NCBI GenBank assembly: GCA_964565425.1
Contig: CAZMEZ010000003.1
Coordinates: 18,991-82,990 of the forward strand
Direction of reading: 5' to 3'
DNA length: 64,000 bases
Origin: an uncultured Planctomycetia bacterium
GTDB lineage: Bacteria > Omnitrophota > Gorgyraeia > Tantalellales > Tantalellaceae
Of this stretch, positions 39,848 through 49,334 are shown piece after piece. The position numbers were made by a program, and so were the translations under genes. Each line of letters starts with the position of its first letter. Position 1 is the first letter of the stretch. The notes below the pieces were generated by a model. That model searched no databases and was not told the origin of the DNA. It saw only the letters and a list, made by a program, of their open reading frames with translations.

Positions 39848-41185
39848 ATGTTTAACGTCAAAGACAAAAAAGTCCTCGTTGTCGGTCTTGGCGCGAGCGG
39901 ATACGCGGCTGCGGAACTGTCGGCCCGCAAGGGAGCGGTTGTCGGGATAACCGAAAGTTCCGACAACAAGGAAGTTCGAGAAAGGCTCAGCAGGTTGTCG
40001 CGCTATCACCCGCGATACGAGATAGGGCGCCATACCGAGGAATTTTGCGGCTCTGCCGATCTTGTCGTTACGAGTCCGGGTATCGACCCCGGGGTTCTGC
40101 CGCTGAAGGTCGCGCGGAAAGAGGGGAAAGAGATAATAGGGGAACTGGAATTGGCTTACAGGTTCTGTGAGGCCCCGATAATAGCAGTTACGGGTACGAA
40201 CGGTAAAAGCACCACCACGGAGCTTATCGGGAATATAATATCCCGTTCCGGCAGACATGTCGTGGTTTGCGGCAATATAGGGAACCCTTTGAGCGGGGAA
40301 GTCAATCGCCTCAAGAAAGACAGTATTGCGGTGGTAGAGGTGAGTTCGTTTCAGATGGAGACCGTGAAGGAGTTCAGGCCGCATATCGGCGTGCTTCTGA
40401 ACGTCGCGGAGGATCATTACGAGCGACATGGCGACTTTGAAACGTACAAAGCCGAGAAGTTCAGGATGTTCGGCAACCAGTCCGAAAGTGATTGGGCCGT
40501 GCTGCATTCGGATCTCAAGGGCGATCCGATAGCGCGCCGGATAAGGGCACAGAAGATCTTCTTCGGAGGTCCGGGCTCGGAGGCATCCGTTGAAGGCGGA
40601 CGTGTCATCATGGATATAGGAGGCGCGGGCAGGGTAGTGATAGAGGAAAAAGATATACCGATCAGGGGTGTCCATAACATGGAGAATGTCGCGTGCGCCA
40701 TCCTTGTTTCGAGGATCATGGGAGTCGAAGACCGGCACGCGCATGAAGGCGTTGCGAACTTCAAGGGCCTGAGTCACAGGTTCGAAAGGGTGACCGAACT
40801 GGGCGGGGTCGAATTCATTGACGATTCAAAAGCGACCAACATTGACGCGACAAGACGCGCGCTTGAGTCGATCGACAGAAAGGTGGTCTTAATAGCCGGC
40901 GGGAGAGATAAGGGCGGAGACTATGAGGCAATATTCGACCTGGTAAAAGAGAAGGTGAAGGCCATGGTCGTAATAGGCGAAGCGAGCGAAAAGATAAAGA
41001 GCGCTTTTTCCGGAGCCGTAACCGTTGTATCCGCCGGGGACATGTCTGAAGCGGTGAAGATGTCGATGCGGGAGGCAAGCGAAGGAGAAGCGGTCCTTCT
41101 TTCTCCGATGTGCTCAAGTTTCGATATGTTCACGGATTACAAGCACCGGGGCAGGGTGTTCAGGGAAGAAGTAGAGAGGCTGTAG
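39848..41185 (+). CDS. murD: UDP-MurNAc-L-Ala:D-Glu ligase
   Basis: GLG.SG, SPGI, TGTNGKSTT, EVSSFQ, DSKATN, GGRDKG, SP.CSSFD. Confidence 0.96.
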   Translation: MFNVKDKKVLVVGLGASGYAAAELSARKGAVVGITESSDNKEVRERLSRLSRYHPRYEIGRHTEEFCGSADLVVTSPGIDPGVLPLKVARKEGKEIIGELELAYRFCEAPIIAVTGTNGKSTTTELIGNIISRSGRHVVVCGNIGNPLSGEVNRLKKDSIAVVEVSSFQMETVKEFRPHIGVLLNVAEDHYERHGDFETYKAEKFRMFGNQSESDWAVLHSDLKGDPIARRIRAQKIFFGGPGSEASVEGGRVIMDIGGAGRVVIEEKDIPIRGVHNMENVACAILVSRIMGVEDRHAHEGVANFKGLSHRFERVTELGGVEFIDDSKATNIDATRRALESIDRKVVLIAGGRDKGGDYEAIFDLVKEKVKAMVVIGEASEKIKSAFSGAVTVVSAGDMSEAVKMSMREASEGEAVLLSPMCSSFDMFTDYKHRGRVFREEVERL

Positions 41186-41440
41186 GCGCAAGGCGGTGTC
41201 AGTCATCAGACATCAGCGTGGAGCTGGGCGAGGAGTGTTCGCATAGCGCATGGCGCAAAGGGCATAGCGGGTTAAGTGATAAGTAATACGTAATATGTGA
41301 TACGTGGTGTAGGGGGCGCGGGAGCTGTATCTTGTATCTAGTATCTGGTTGACGTGTTTCTTGACGAACAACGAAAAACGAGCGACGAACAACGACTTTG
41401 CCCGATCTATCGGGCACTTATAGCTTAAAGCTTACATCTG
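41184..41440. repeat. Composite stack of 7-mer array modules
   Basis: AGGCGCA, GCATAGC, GTAATAC, GTATCTW, ACGAACA and GCTTAnn modules. Confidence 0.85.
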
Positions 41441-41447
41441 ACGAAAA

Positions 41448-42557
41448 ATGAGCAAAGACGCAAAGATCGTTTTTATAGTGACGTGCGTGCTATTGATGCT
41501 GGGGACCGTCATGATATATTCTTCCAGCGGCGTTTACGCGCATGGGAACTACGGGGACAGTCTGTATTTTGCAAAAAGACACCTCGCTTATCTGGCGGCG
41601 GGGCTGATCGCCGCCGTGGTATGCATGGCCGCGCCTATAAGAGGCATAAATGATTCCGCCAGGATAATAATGATCATTTCCGTTGTCATTCTCGTGGCGG
41701 TCCTGGTGCCCGGCATAGGCAAACAGGTAGCCGGAGCGCGCAGGTGGATGCGTTTTTTCGGCGCGGGTTTTCAGCCTTCCGAGATCGCGAAGCTTGGTCT
41801 TATAATCTACCTGGCGGATCTGACCTCTCGCAAGAGGTATCTGGTCCAGGATTTCAGGCGAGGATTCCTGCCGCCGCTGGTGGTCACCGGATTTGTCAGC
41901 GGCCTTATTCTTGTTGAACCCGATATGGGGACATCGGTTGCCGTGCTGTTCATCGGACTTGCGATGATGTTCATATCCGGCTCCAGGATCTCTCACCTGG
42001 CTCTTATTACGGGAGGAACACTGCCCGTCCTGGCCATTGCCGCGATCTGCGAGCCATACCGGATGAAACGCCTGTTGACGTTCTCCGATCCCTGGAAAGA
42101 CGCCAGGGGGGCCGGATTCCAGCTGGTCCAGTCTTTCATAGCGCTGGGGTCTGGCGGACTCCTGGGCGTGGGCCTGGGCGCGTCAAAACAGAAACTTTTT
42201 TATCTGCCCGAATCGCATACGGATTTTATTTTTTCGATAATTGGAGAAGAGCTGGGATTCCTTGGGGCGGCGTCGGTCCTTATGCTCTTTGCCGCCATTA
42301 TATGGTTTTCCCTCAGGATATCTTTCAAGGTGAAGGACCTTTTTGCCTCACGCCTTGTTTTCGGCATAACCGTCATGATAGCTTTCGAGGTTCTTGTTAA
42401 TATAGGGGTTTCCACCGGGGTGCTGCCCACAAAGGGTTTGCCTTTACCGTTCATAAGTTATGGGGGGACCTCGCTTGTCTGTCACATGGCGGCGATGGGG
42501 CTGGTGTTCAATATGTCGAGGGAAGTTGAGGATGAGACCGTGAACCGTAATCCGTAA
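41448..42557 (+). CDS. ftsW: SEDS peptidoglycan glycosyltransferase FtsW
   Basis: GARRW, FQPSE.AK, EPDMG, LPESHTDFIF, GEELG, PTKGL.LPFISYGG. Confidence 0.96.
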   Translation: MSKDAKIVFIVTCVLLMLGTVMIYSSSGVYAHGNYGDSLYFAKRHLAYLAAGLIAAVVCMAAPIRGINDSARIIMIISVVILVAVLVPGIGKQVAGARRWMRFFGAGFQPSEIAKLGLIIYLADLTSRKRYLVQDFRRGFLPPLVVTGFVSGLILVEPDMGTSVAVLFIGLAMMFISGSRISHLALITGGTLPVLAIAAICEPYRMKRLLTFSDPWKDARGAGFQLVQSFIALGSGGLLGVGLGASKQKLFYLPESHTDFIFSIIGEELGFLGAASVLMLFAAIIWFSLRISFKVKDLFASRLVFGITVMIAFEVLVNIGVSTGVLPTKGLPLPFISYGGTSLVCHMAAMGLVFNMSREVEDETVNRNP

Positions 42558-42598
42558 ACCGTGACCCGTTGGTTGGATCACTATTCACGGATCACGGT
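42537..42598. repeat. Inverted 7-mer arrays (ACCGTRA / TCACGG) encoding the FtsW C-terminus
   Basis: ACCGTGA ACCGTAA TCCGTAA ACCGTGA CCCGT ... ATCACTA TTCACGG ATCACGG. Confidence 0.8.
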
Positions 42599-42609
42599 AT
42601 AAAAATACT

Positions 42610-43713
42610 ATGAATATAAAAGTTATCCTAGCTGCAGGCGGTTCGGGAGGGCATATCTTCCCGTCGGTTGCCCTGGCCGCGGAGCTCGAAAAAGCGGGTA
42701 TTCGCGAAATAACTTTTATTTCCAGCAAAAGAAAGCTGGACAGGAATCTGCTCAAAGGCGCAAGGCACAGATGTTTTTTTCTTTCCGTGAATCCTATGCC
42801 CCTGAGGTTCCATCCCTTACGTTACCTGGTTTTCGTCTGGAATCTTTTTGTCGACGCGTTGGCTTCAGTGTATCTGATGATAAAGCTGAAACCGGATGTC
42901 GTTGTGGGTTTCGGGGGATATTCATCGGGGACTATAGTCGCTGTCGCGAAAACTTTTAGAGTGCCGGTACTTATCCATGAACAGAACCTGGTGCCCGGTC
43001 GCGCTAACAAGATGTTAAGCCTGATGGCCGACCGGATCGCGGTGAGTTTCAGGGATTCCTTGAAGTATTTTCCCGGGGCGGAGGGCAAGGTCGTCTATTC
43101 AGGGAATCCGCTCAGGACCGAAATCCTTTCGAATGACAGGGGGGGGGGCGCGAACCGCATAGGCATATCACCGGAAAAGAAGACCATCCTGGTGATGGGA
43201 GGGAGCCAGGGGTCTTCTTTTTTGAACGGGACGGCCTCGGAAGCCGCTAAAAGGATAAGCATGAAAATGGGGGGCGCGGTCCAGTTCATTCACCTTACCG
43301 GCAGGAAGGACTTCGATCGGGTGCGGGAGTTTTACAGGACCAACGGCATTCCCGGAAAGGTGTTTTCCTTCCTTGAAAGGATAGACGACGCGTATGCCGC
43401 CAGCGATATCGCAATAAGCAGGGCAGGCGCGGCGGCTGTTTTCGAGCTGGCGTATTACTCCAAGCCTATGATATTGGTGCCGTATCCCAGCATTAAGAAC
43501 AACCAAAGGTTTAACGCCGAGTTCTTTTCGAAAGCCGGAGCCGCGATATGCCGTGAAGAAAAGGATCTTGTGCCCGATTCTCTCGCTCTGGAGATCATGA
43601 GGATATTGAACGACGCCGAGGTCCGCGGACGCATGTCAAAAGCCGCGGGGATATTAAGCGAGCCCGGGGCCGGTAGAAAACTGGCCGAAGAAGTGATAAA
43701 ATTAGCTTTATAA
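42610..43713 (+). CDS. murG: Lipid II GlcNAc transferase
   Basis: GGSGGHIFP, GFGGY, HEQN, GNPLR, GGSQG, SRAGA. Confidence 0.96.
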   Translation: MNIKVILAAGGSGGHIFPSVALAAELEKAGIREITFISSKRKLDRNLLKGARHRCFFLSVNPMPLRFHPLRYLVFVWNLFVDALASVYLMIKLKPDVVVGFGGYSSGTIVAVAKTFRVPVLIHEQNLVPGRANKMLSLMADRIAVSFRDSLKYFPGAEGKVVYSGNPLRTEILSNDRGGGANRIGISPEKKTILVMGGSQGSSFLNGTASEAAKRISMKMGGAVQFIHLTGRKDFDRVREFYRTNGIPGKVFSFLERIDDAYAASDIAISRAGAAAVFELAYYSKPMILVPYPSIKNNQRFNAEFFSKAGAAICREEKDLVPDSLALEIMRILNDAEVRGRMSKAAGILSEPGAGRKLAEEVIKLAL

Positions 43714-43732
43714 GTCGTGGCAACACGCGGGC

Positions 43733-43771
43733 CTTTACAGCTTATAACTTAAAACTTACAACTTACAGCTT
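43733..43771. repeat. 7-mer array CTTAnAR x5
   Basis: TTTACAG CTTATAA CTTAAAA CTTACAA CTTACAG CTT. Confidence 0.75.
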
Positions 43772-43772
43772 G

Positions 43773-45149
43773 ATGATGAACAAGATACACTTTATAGGAA
43801 TAGGCGGTATCGGGATGAGCGGCTTGGCCGACATATTGCTCTCCAGGGGGCAGGAAGTGTCGGGGTCGGATCTCAGGCTGAACTATCTTACGGAACGTCT
43901 AAGTAAAAAGGGGGCGACCATATGCGGTGGGCACTGCGGTGATAATGTTCCCGCAGGAGCGGATTGCGTGGTAAGAACGGCCTGCATAAAGGACGATAAC
44001 CCGGAACTGTTGAGGGCCGGGGAACTGGGTATAAAGGTTATAACGAGGAGCGAGCTGCTGAAAATTTTGATAGACGAATCCCGCGTATCGGTTTCTGTTA
44101 CAGGCACGCACGGCAAGACCACGACGAGCGGCCTTGTCGCACACATAGCTGAAAAATGCGGCAAGTCACCCACCTCTGTCATAGGCGGCGAGCTCGAGAG
44201 TATCGGCGGTAACGCCAAATACGGCCAAAGCGGGGTTATGATAGCCGAGCTTGACGAAAGCGACGGGTTCTTCAGGAACGTGGGTTGCAGCTATGGTATC
44301 GTTACCAATATCGAGAGGGAACACATGGAATATTACGGTTCCATGGAGAGCCTGCTGGAAGCTTACGGCGAGTTCATCTCACGTATCTCTCCGGACGGGA
44401 TCTTTTTTTACAATGGTGAAGACAGATCGCTCGTCTCGCTGGCGGGCAGGACGAAAGCCAGAAAATCGGATTTCGGTATCGATGGACATTTCAGGGTTAC
44501 CTGCTCCAACTATGTCTGCAGAAAGTCTATAGAGTTCGATCTGGCCGTGCGGGGCAGGATATACGGCAGGGTAAAGAGCCCGCTCATAGGGCGTCATAAC
44601 CTGATGAATATCCTGGCGGCCATCAGCGTGTGCCTGGAACTCGGGATAGATTTCAAAGATATTGCCTCTGCCTTGGAAACGTTCCATGGCGCAGGGAGAC
44701 GGTTCGACAGGATAGCGAGGATAGGCGATATTGAGGTCGTAGAGGATTATGCCCATCACCCGACAGAGCTCATGGCGGTGATACGCGCCGCTAAGAATTA
44801 CGGCGAAGGAAGGGTGATCTCCATATTCCAGCCTCACCGCTATTCGAGGACGAACGATCTTGCCGATGGTTTTGTCCGGTGCTTTAACGATTCCGATGTG
44901 CTGATATTGACGGATGTGTATTCCGCGGACGAGAAGCCGGTCGAGGGCGTGAAGATAAGGGATATATACGACAGGATCGATCGCAGCAAGTTCGAAATGC
45001 TCGATTTCGTAAAGAAAGAAGAGATACCCGATCTCGTGTCCAGGATCGTGCGGGATAAGGACCTGGTGCTGGTGCTGGGCGCGGGCGATATCCGGGAGAT
45101 ATCGGCGCCCCTTATCGAGATGATAGAAAAGAGACAAGGGCATGGATGA
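43773..45149 (+). CDS. murC: UDP-MurNAc:L-Ala ligase
   Basis: HFIGIGGIGMSG, GTHGKTTT, E.DESD, DYAHHPTE, FQPHRYSRT, GAGD. Confidence 0.97.
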   Translation: MMNKIHFIGIGGIGMSGLADILLSRGQEVSGSDLRLNYLTERLSKKGATICGGHCGDNVPAGADCVVRTACIKDDNPELLRAGELGIKVITRSELLKILIDESRVSVSVTGTHGKTTTSGLVAHIAEKCGKSPTSVIGGELESIGGNAKYGQSGVMIAELDESDGFFRNVGCSYGIVTNIEREHMEYYGSMESLLEAYGEFISRISPDGIFFYNGEDRSLVSLAGRTKARKSDFGIDGHFRVTCSNYVCRKSIEFDLAVRGRIYGRVKSPLIGRHNLMNILAAISVCLELGIDFKDIASALETFHGAGRRFDRIARIGDIEVVEDYAHHPTELMAVIRAAKNYGEGRVISIFQPHRYSRTNDLADGFVRCFNDSDVLILTDVYSADEKPVEGVKIRDIYDRIDRSKFEMLDFVKKEEIPDLVSRIVRDKDLVLVLGAGDIREISAPLIEMIEKRQGHG

Positions 45150-46056
45150 AAAGGCGACACGCGATAAATTAGCGGAAATATGCCGGGAAGACGGATGCCG
45201 CCTTTTTTTAGGGGAATCTCTTTCCGGGCGCAGCGCTATACGCATCGGAGGGCAGGCGCTGGCATGGGTGGAGATCCCTTCGGTCGATAAATTTCTGAAC
45301 GCAAGGAAGATCCTTGAAAGAGACGGGGATCGCCATATCGTGGTCGGTAATTGCAGCAACATGCTTTTCCCGGACGGGTACCTGACGGCGGTGCTGATAA
45401 AATTGCGGGGAGGTATTTTTTCGGGGATCCGTTTTGAAGACAACAGGGTGGTCGCCGGCGCAGGGGTCGCGCTCGGTAGTTTGGTGTACGAATCCTGCGC
45501 GAAGGGGCTTGCCGGCCTTGAAGGGCTTGTGGGGATACCCGCCAGTGTCGGCGGGGCCGTTGTGAACAATGCTTCGTACCTCTCGGGGATAAGCGATCGC
45601 CTCGTGAGGGTTCGTATTGTTGACGAGAATTTCAGGGATATTTGGATAAAGAAAGAGAATATCAGTTTCGCCTACCGGGGTTCTTCCCTGAGGGGTAAGA
45701 CCGTTATAGAGGCCATGTTCGAGCTCGAAAAGGCCGACATCGATGGCCTGAAAAGGGATCTAAGGAGCAATTTTATCGAAAAGATGAAGAAACAGCCGCT
45801 TGAAAAGAAGACCCTGGGATGCGTTTTCAAAAATGCCCCCGACGGTTGCTCCGCTGGAGAGGTGATCGACAAAGCGGGGATGAAAGGCGCTCGCGTTGGC
45901 GGGGCCAGGGTTTCCGGGAAACATGCGAATTTTATAATCAACGACGGCGGCGCGAGATCCTCAGACGTAACAGCCCTGATAGATGTGGTAAAGCGTAAGG
46001 TCTTCGAGAAGTTCTCGATAACGCTGGAGCCGGAGATAGAGATAATAAAAGATTAA
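45142..46056 (+). CDS. murB: UDP-N-acetylenolpyruvoylglucosamine reductase
   Basis: IGG.A, SN.L, GLEGL.GIP.SVGGA, F.YR.S, QP....GC.FKN, KHANF, LE.E. Confidence 0.94.
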   Translation: MDEKATRDKLAEICREDGCRLFLGESLSGRSAIRIGGQALAWVEIPSVDKFLNARKILERDGDRHIVVGNCSNMLFPDGYLTAVLIKLRGGIFSGIRFEDNRVVAGAGVALGSLVYESCAKGLAGLEGLVGIPASVGGAVVNNASYLSGISDRLVRVRIVDENFRDIWIKKENISFAYRGSSLRGKTVIEAMFELEKADIDGLKRDLRSNFIEKMKKQPLEKKTLGCVFKNAPDGCSAGEVIDKAGMKGARVGGARVSGKHANFIINDGGARSSDVTALIDVVKRKVFEKFSITLEPEIEIIKD

Positions 46057-46154
46057 AGGTCAAAAAGCAAAGAGCAAAGATCGGAGATCGAAGATCGAAG
46101 ATCGAAGATCAAAGAGCAAAGAGCAAAGATCGAAGAGCGAGGATCAAAGATAAG
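46057..46154. repeat. 14 in-register copies of a 7-mer (AGAKCRA)
   Basis: AGGTCAA AAAGCAA AGAGCAA AGATCGG AGATCGA x3 AGATCAA AGAGCAA x2 AGATCGA AGAGCGA GGATCAA AGATAAG. Confidence 0.92.
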
Positions 46155-46159
46155 GTTAC

Positions 46160-47098
46160 ATGGATAAGCTGATAGAAGTATTGCGTAAATTCAGGATCGG
46201 CGTGCTCGCGGGGGGCGAATCCAGCGAAAGGGAGATCAGCCTCAAGAGCGGCAAAGCGGTCTTTGAGGCCCTGCGGAAGGCCGGACTGGATCCCTTATTC
46301 CTGGATGTGAACGAAAAAGACTTTTCTTCCGTTATCGAAAAGTCCGGGATAGACGCGGCCTTTATCGCTCTTCACGGCAGGTTCGGAGAAGACGGAACCG
46401 TCCAGAGGATGCTCCAAAAACGGAACATACCTTATACGGGCTCCGGCCCGGATGCCTCGGCTCTCGCTCTGGATAAAATGGCCTCCAAAGAACAGTTTAT
46501 CGCTCGCGGCCTTAACGTGCCCGAGTACATCGTAGTATACCGGGGCGAGGATATATCGGAACTTGACGTGTGGTTCCCTTGCGTGGTCAAACCAAGATTC
46601 GAGGGGTCGAGTATCGGGCTCTCCGTTGTGTCTTCGGAAACGAAGCTCCATCAGGCGATAGATAATGCGTTCATGTTCGGGGAAGAGGTGATAGTGGAGA
46701 GGTTCGTTCCCGGGAGGGAAATAACCGTAGGCATACTGGACGAAAAAGCCTTACCCGTTGTCGAAATAGTGGCGCATGAAGGTGTATACGATTTTGACGC
46801 GAAATATCGATCGGACTCCACCGAGTATGTCGTTCCCGCAAAGCTTGACGAGAGCGATAGCCGGTTCGCGCAGGAAACGGCCCTGGAGGCGCATAAGGCG
46901 CTCGGGTGTAAAGGCTTTTCAAGGGTGGACATGAGGCTGTCGGATAACCATGAAATATTCGTGCTGGAGGTGAACACGATACCCGGGCTTACCGAGAGGA
47001 GTCTCCTGCCGATGGCGGCAAAGGCCGCGGGGCTGGACTTTCCGGGATTATGTGTTAAGATGCTTCTCGTGGCTTTCGAGAAAAGAAAGACAAAATAG
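46160..47098 (+). CDS. ddl: D-alanine--D-alanine ligase
   Basis: GG.SSERE.SL.SG, LHG..GEDG, GSSIG, YDFDAKY, EVNT.PG. Confidence 0.96.
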   Translation: MDKLIEVLRKFRIGVLAGGESSEREISLKSGKAVFEALRKAGLDPLFLDVNEKDFSSVIEKSGIDAAFIALHGRFGEDGTVQRMLQKRNIPYTGSGPDASALALDKMASKEQFIARGLNVPEYIVVYRGEDISELDVWFPCVVKPRFEGSSIGLSVVSSETKLHQAIDNAFMFGEEVIVERFVPGREITVGILDEKALPVVEIVAHEGVYDFDAKYRSDSTEYVVPAKLDESDSRFAQETALEAHKALGCKGFSRVDMRLSDNHEIFVLEVNTIPGLTERSLLPMAAKAAGLDFPGLCVKMLLVAFEKRKTK

Positions 47099-47144
47099 TG
47101 TTTTACGGGAACGTTGATGTGTTCTATTTTTTGAGGAGGGACAG

Positions 47145-47942
47145 GTGGCGAGAAAAAGAAGCTCCAGAAAAAAAGGGAAAAAACCCGCGAGGACCGCGCC
47201 GTCATACGGCAGGTCTTTTTTGGGGAAACCCGTTCTCGGGATCCTGATAATCGTTGCTTTGCTGGGAGGGGCTGTTTACGGGATGCGGTATTTTTTTCTA
47301 AATAGCGATTTTTTTACCATAAGGGAGATATCGGTCAACAAGGACCGGGATTATTCCTTTCGCAAAGGAGAAAAGAAACTGGAGAACATATATCTCGGGC
47401 GCAATATATTCTCAGTTGACCCCAGGCAGGTGCGGACGATAGTGCAGGATGATTACCCGCAGTTGAAGAAAGTCGAGGTGCGGAGGAATTTTCCCGGTGT
47501 GCTGGAAGTAGACATAGTTTCGAGGAGGCCGGCAGCGGTCATAGATTCCGGGGGCGGCATCATAATAGATTCCGAGGCGGTCGTTCTTGCTGTCGGGGAG
47601 AGGTCCGATGATCTGGTAAAGATCAAGGGAATAAGCTTTTTCCTCAATGCCCCCTCCCGGGGCGAGAAGATAGACAACCGCGCACTTGAAACAGCCATGC
47701 TTCTTTTGGACGCGTTTCGCGAGCGGATGGGGCCGTATATGGAAAAAATTGAGTATCTTGACATCTCCGACAGGAACAATATCGTGGTCAACATCTACGG
47801 GGCCGAGGTCAAGATGGGGCAGGAAGATTTTGCGCGGAAAATATACCAGCTGAAGAACATCATGAACGATTCGAATATAAACATGAAAGACATAAAGTAC
47901 ATCGATCTTCGTTTCGAAGACGCGATAATAGCTCCGAAGTGA
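47145..47942 (+). CDS. ftsQ: Cell division protein FtsQ/DivIB
   Basis: Basic N-tail, TM helix, POTRA-like region (V.VRRNFP..L.V), C-terminal YIDLRF. Confidence 0.88.
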   Translation: MARKRSSRKKGKKPARTAPSYGRSFLGKPVLGILIIVALLGGAVYGMRYFFLNSDFFTIREISVNKDRDYSFRKGEKKLENIYLGRNIFSVDPRQVRTIVQDDYPQLKKVEVRRNFPGVLEVDIVSRRPAAVIDSGGGIIIDSEAVVLAVGERSDDLVKIKGISFFLNAPSRGEKIDNRALETAMLLLDAFRERMGPYMEKIEYLDISDRNNIVVNIYGAEVKMGQEDFARKIYQLKNIMNDSNINMKDIKYIDLRFEDAIIAPK

Positions 47943-47950
47943 TAAAGTAA

Positions 47951-48021
47951 AGTGTTATGTGTCACGTGTCATGTGTCGTGTCACGTGATCATAACACATG
48001 ACGCTTAACACATAACACACC
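47951..48021. repeat. Inverted 7-mer arrays (GTGTYAY / ATAACAC)
   Basis: GTGTTAT GTGTCAC GTGTCAT GTGTC ... ATAACAC ATGACGC TTAACAC ATAACAC. Confidence 0.85.
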
Positions 48022-48028
48022 TGAAAAC

Positions 48029-49081
48029 ATGAGCAGATACTTTGCCGCTCTGGATGCGGGCAGCAGTGAAATAACGGCGGTAGCCGCAAAATGGAACAAA
48101 AACGGTGATTATTCGATCGAGGGTTTTTGCCGCTCGTCCTCCAGGGGGTTCAGCAAAGGTCTGGTCACGGATACCGCCCTGGCGATCGATTCGGTGGCCG
48201 GGGTGATGGACAAGCTTAAGGAAAAGACCGGCAAAAAAGTGCATGAACTGTACGCCGGCGTAAGCTCTACCTCTGTAGGCATCACCCCTTCCTCCGGGGT
48301 GCTTCTTCTTTCCAGGTACGGCAGGGAGGTAACCGAAACGGATATAAAAAAGTGCCTGGGGGCGGCTTCGATAATAAAGACCCCGATCGACAAGGAGCCC
48401 CTGCACAGTATAGTCCAGCGATTTTCCGTGGACGGGGAGAAAGAGATAAGGAATCCGCTTAACCTCGAAGGCGTGAAGCTGGAAGCGGAGGTCAACATAT
48501 TGACCATAAATTCCTCCGCTTTGAACAATATGGCAAAGTGTATTTCGCAAGCGGGATATTTTCCCGAGGGTTTCATTTTTTCGGGACTTGCGTCTTCTTG
48601 CCGGGTCCTGACCGATGACGACAAGAAGATCAATACATGCCTCTTGGACATAAACAGGGACCTGACGGAAGGCATGATCTTTTGTCGCGGACATTTAGCA
48701 TGGTGCAAGGTCTTTCCCGTCGGGACTGCCGACCTCGTTGAAGGAAGCGGTTCGGTCAACATGGACAACCTGGAAAAACTGGCTTCCCGCGTTATATCCC
48801 TCCAGGGGTGGAACAACGTGCGTTCCATGGTCGTGATAGGCGAAGGAGGACTTACGCACGACCTTGTTGAGTCGCTCGAGAGGTCCTTTCCTGTTCCGGT
48901 AAGGGCGGGGACCTGTATAGCCCGGCCTTTTGAAGACCTTCCTCCCGAAAGGATAGGGTACATAGGGAGCCTTGGTATACTTGACTACCTTCAGGAAGAG
49001 AATAAAGGACGGATGCGGTCCGGGAACGTCCTGAAGAGGGGTTTCCATCGCGTTCTGAGTTTTATGGATCGGTACTTCTAG
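48029..49081 (+). CDS. ftsA: Divergent, shortened FtsA-like protein
   Basis: LD.GSS, S.G.SKG.V.D, 1C domain (LH.I...F.VDG...I.NP..L.G.KLE), LASS..VLT.D, C-terminal amphipathic helix; DIGGG motif and most of subdomain 2B missing. Confidence 0.85.
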   Translation: MSRYFAALDAGSSEITAVAAKWNKNGDYSIEGFCRSSSRGFSKGLVTDTALAIDSVAGVMDKLKEKTGKKVHELYAGVSSTSVGITPSSGVLLLSRYGREVTETDIKKCLGAASIIKTPIDKEPLHSIVQRFSVDGEKEIRNPLNLEGVKLEAEVNILTINSSALNNMAKCISQAGYFPEGFIFSGLASSCRVLTDDDKKINTCLLDINRDLTEGMIFCRGHLAWCKVFPVGTADLVEGSGSVNMDNLEKLASRVISLQGWNNVRSMVVIGEGGLTHDLVESLERSFPVPVRAGTCIARPFEDLPPERIGYIGSLGILDYLQEENKGRMRSGNVLKRGFHRVLSFMDRYF

Positions 49082-49090
49082 ACATAAAAC

Positions 49091-49161
49091 CGTGAATTGT
49101 GAGTTGTGAATCGTAAATCGTGGTTTGATAACGACTCACGACTTACGATTCACGATTCACG
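49091..49161. repeat. Inverted 7-mer arrays (same family as 17880-17959)
   Basis: CGTGAAT TGTGAGT TGTGAAT CGTAAAT CGTG ... ACTCACG ACTTACG ATTCACG ATTCACG. Confidence 0.88.
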
Positions 49162-49193
49162 TATCATACCACCCCCAGCCTGTCACACTTCCA

Positions 49194-49222
49194 TTGACAT
49201 ACCAGCTAAATTATGATAATTT
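49194..49222 (+). promoter_or_regulatory. Probable sigma70 promoter for the proC operon
   Basis: TTGACA, 17 bp spacer, TAATTT with upstream TG. Confidence 0.5.
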
Positions 49223-49238
49223 TAACCATTACAATGAC

Positions 49239-49324
49239 AGGTTTTAGGTGTTAGGTTCTAGGTTTTGGGCGTTATTCGCACAGTTGAGACCTAGAACCTG
49301 AAACCTAGAACCTTGAACCTAAAA
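49239..49324. repeat. Inverted 7-mer arrays (AGGTTYT / ARAACCT)
   Basis: AGGTTTT AGGTGTT AGGTTCT AGGTTTT ... ACCTAGA ACCTGAA ACCTAGA ACCTTGA ACCTAAA. Confidence 0.88.
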
Positions 49325-49334
49325 AGGGATCATT

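Noticed and set aside
48029-49081. ftsA as a pseudogene
   Set aside because: The frame is uninterrupted, the deletion is in frame, and the 1C domain and terminal amphipathic helix are preserved.
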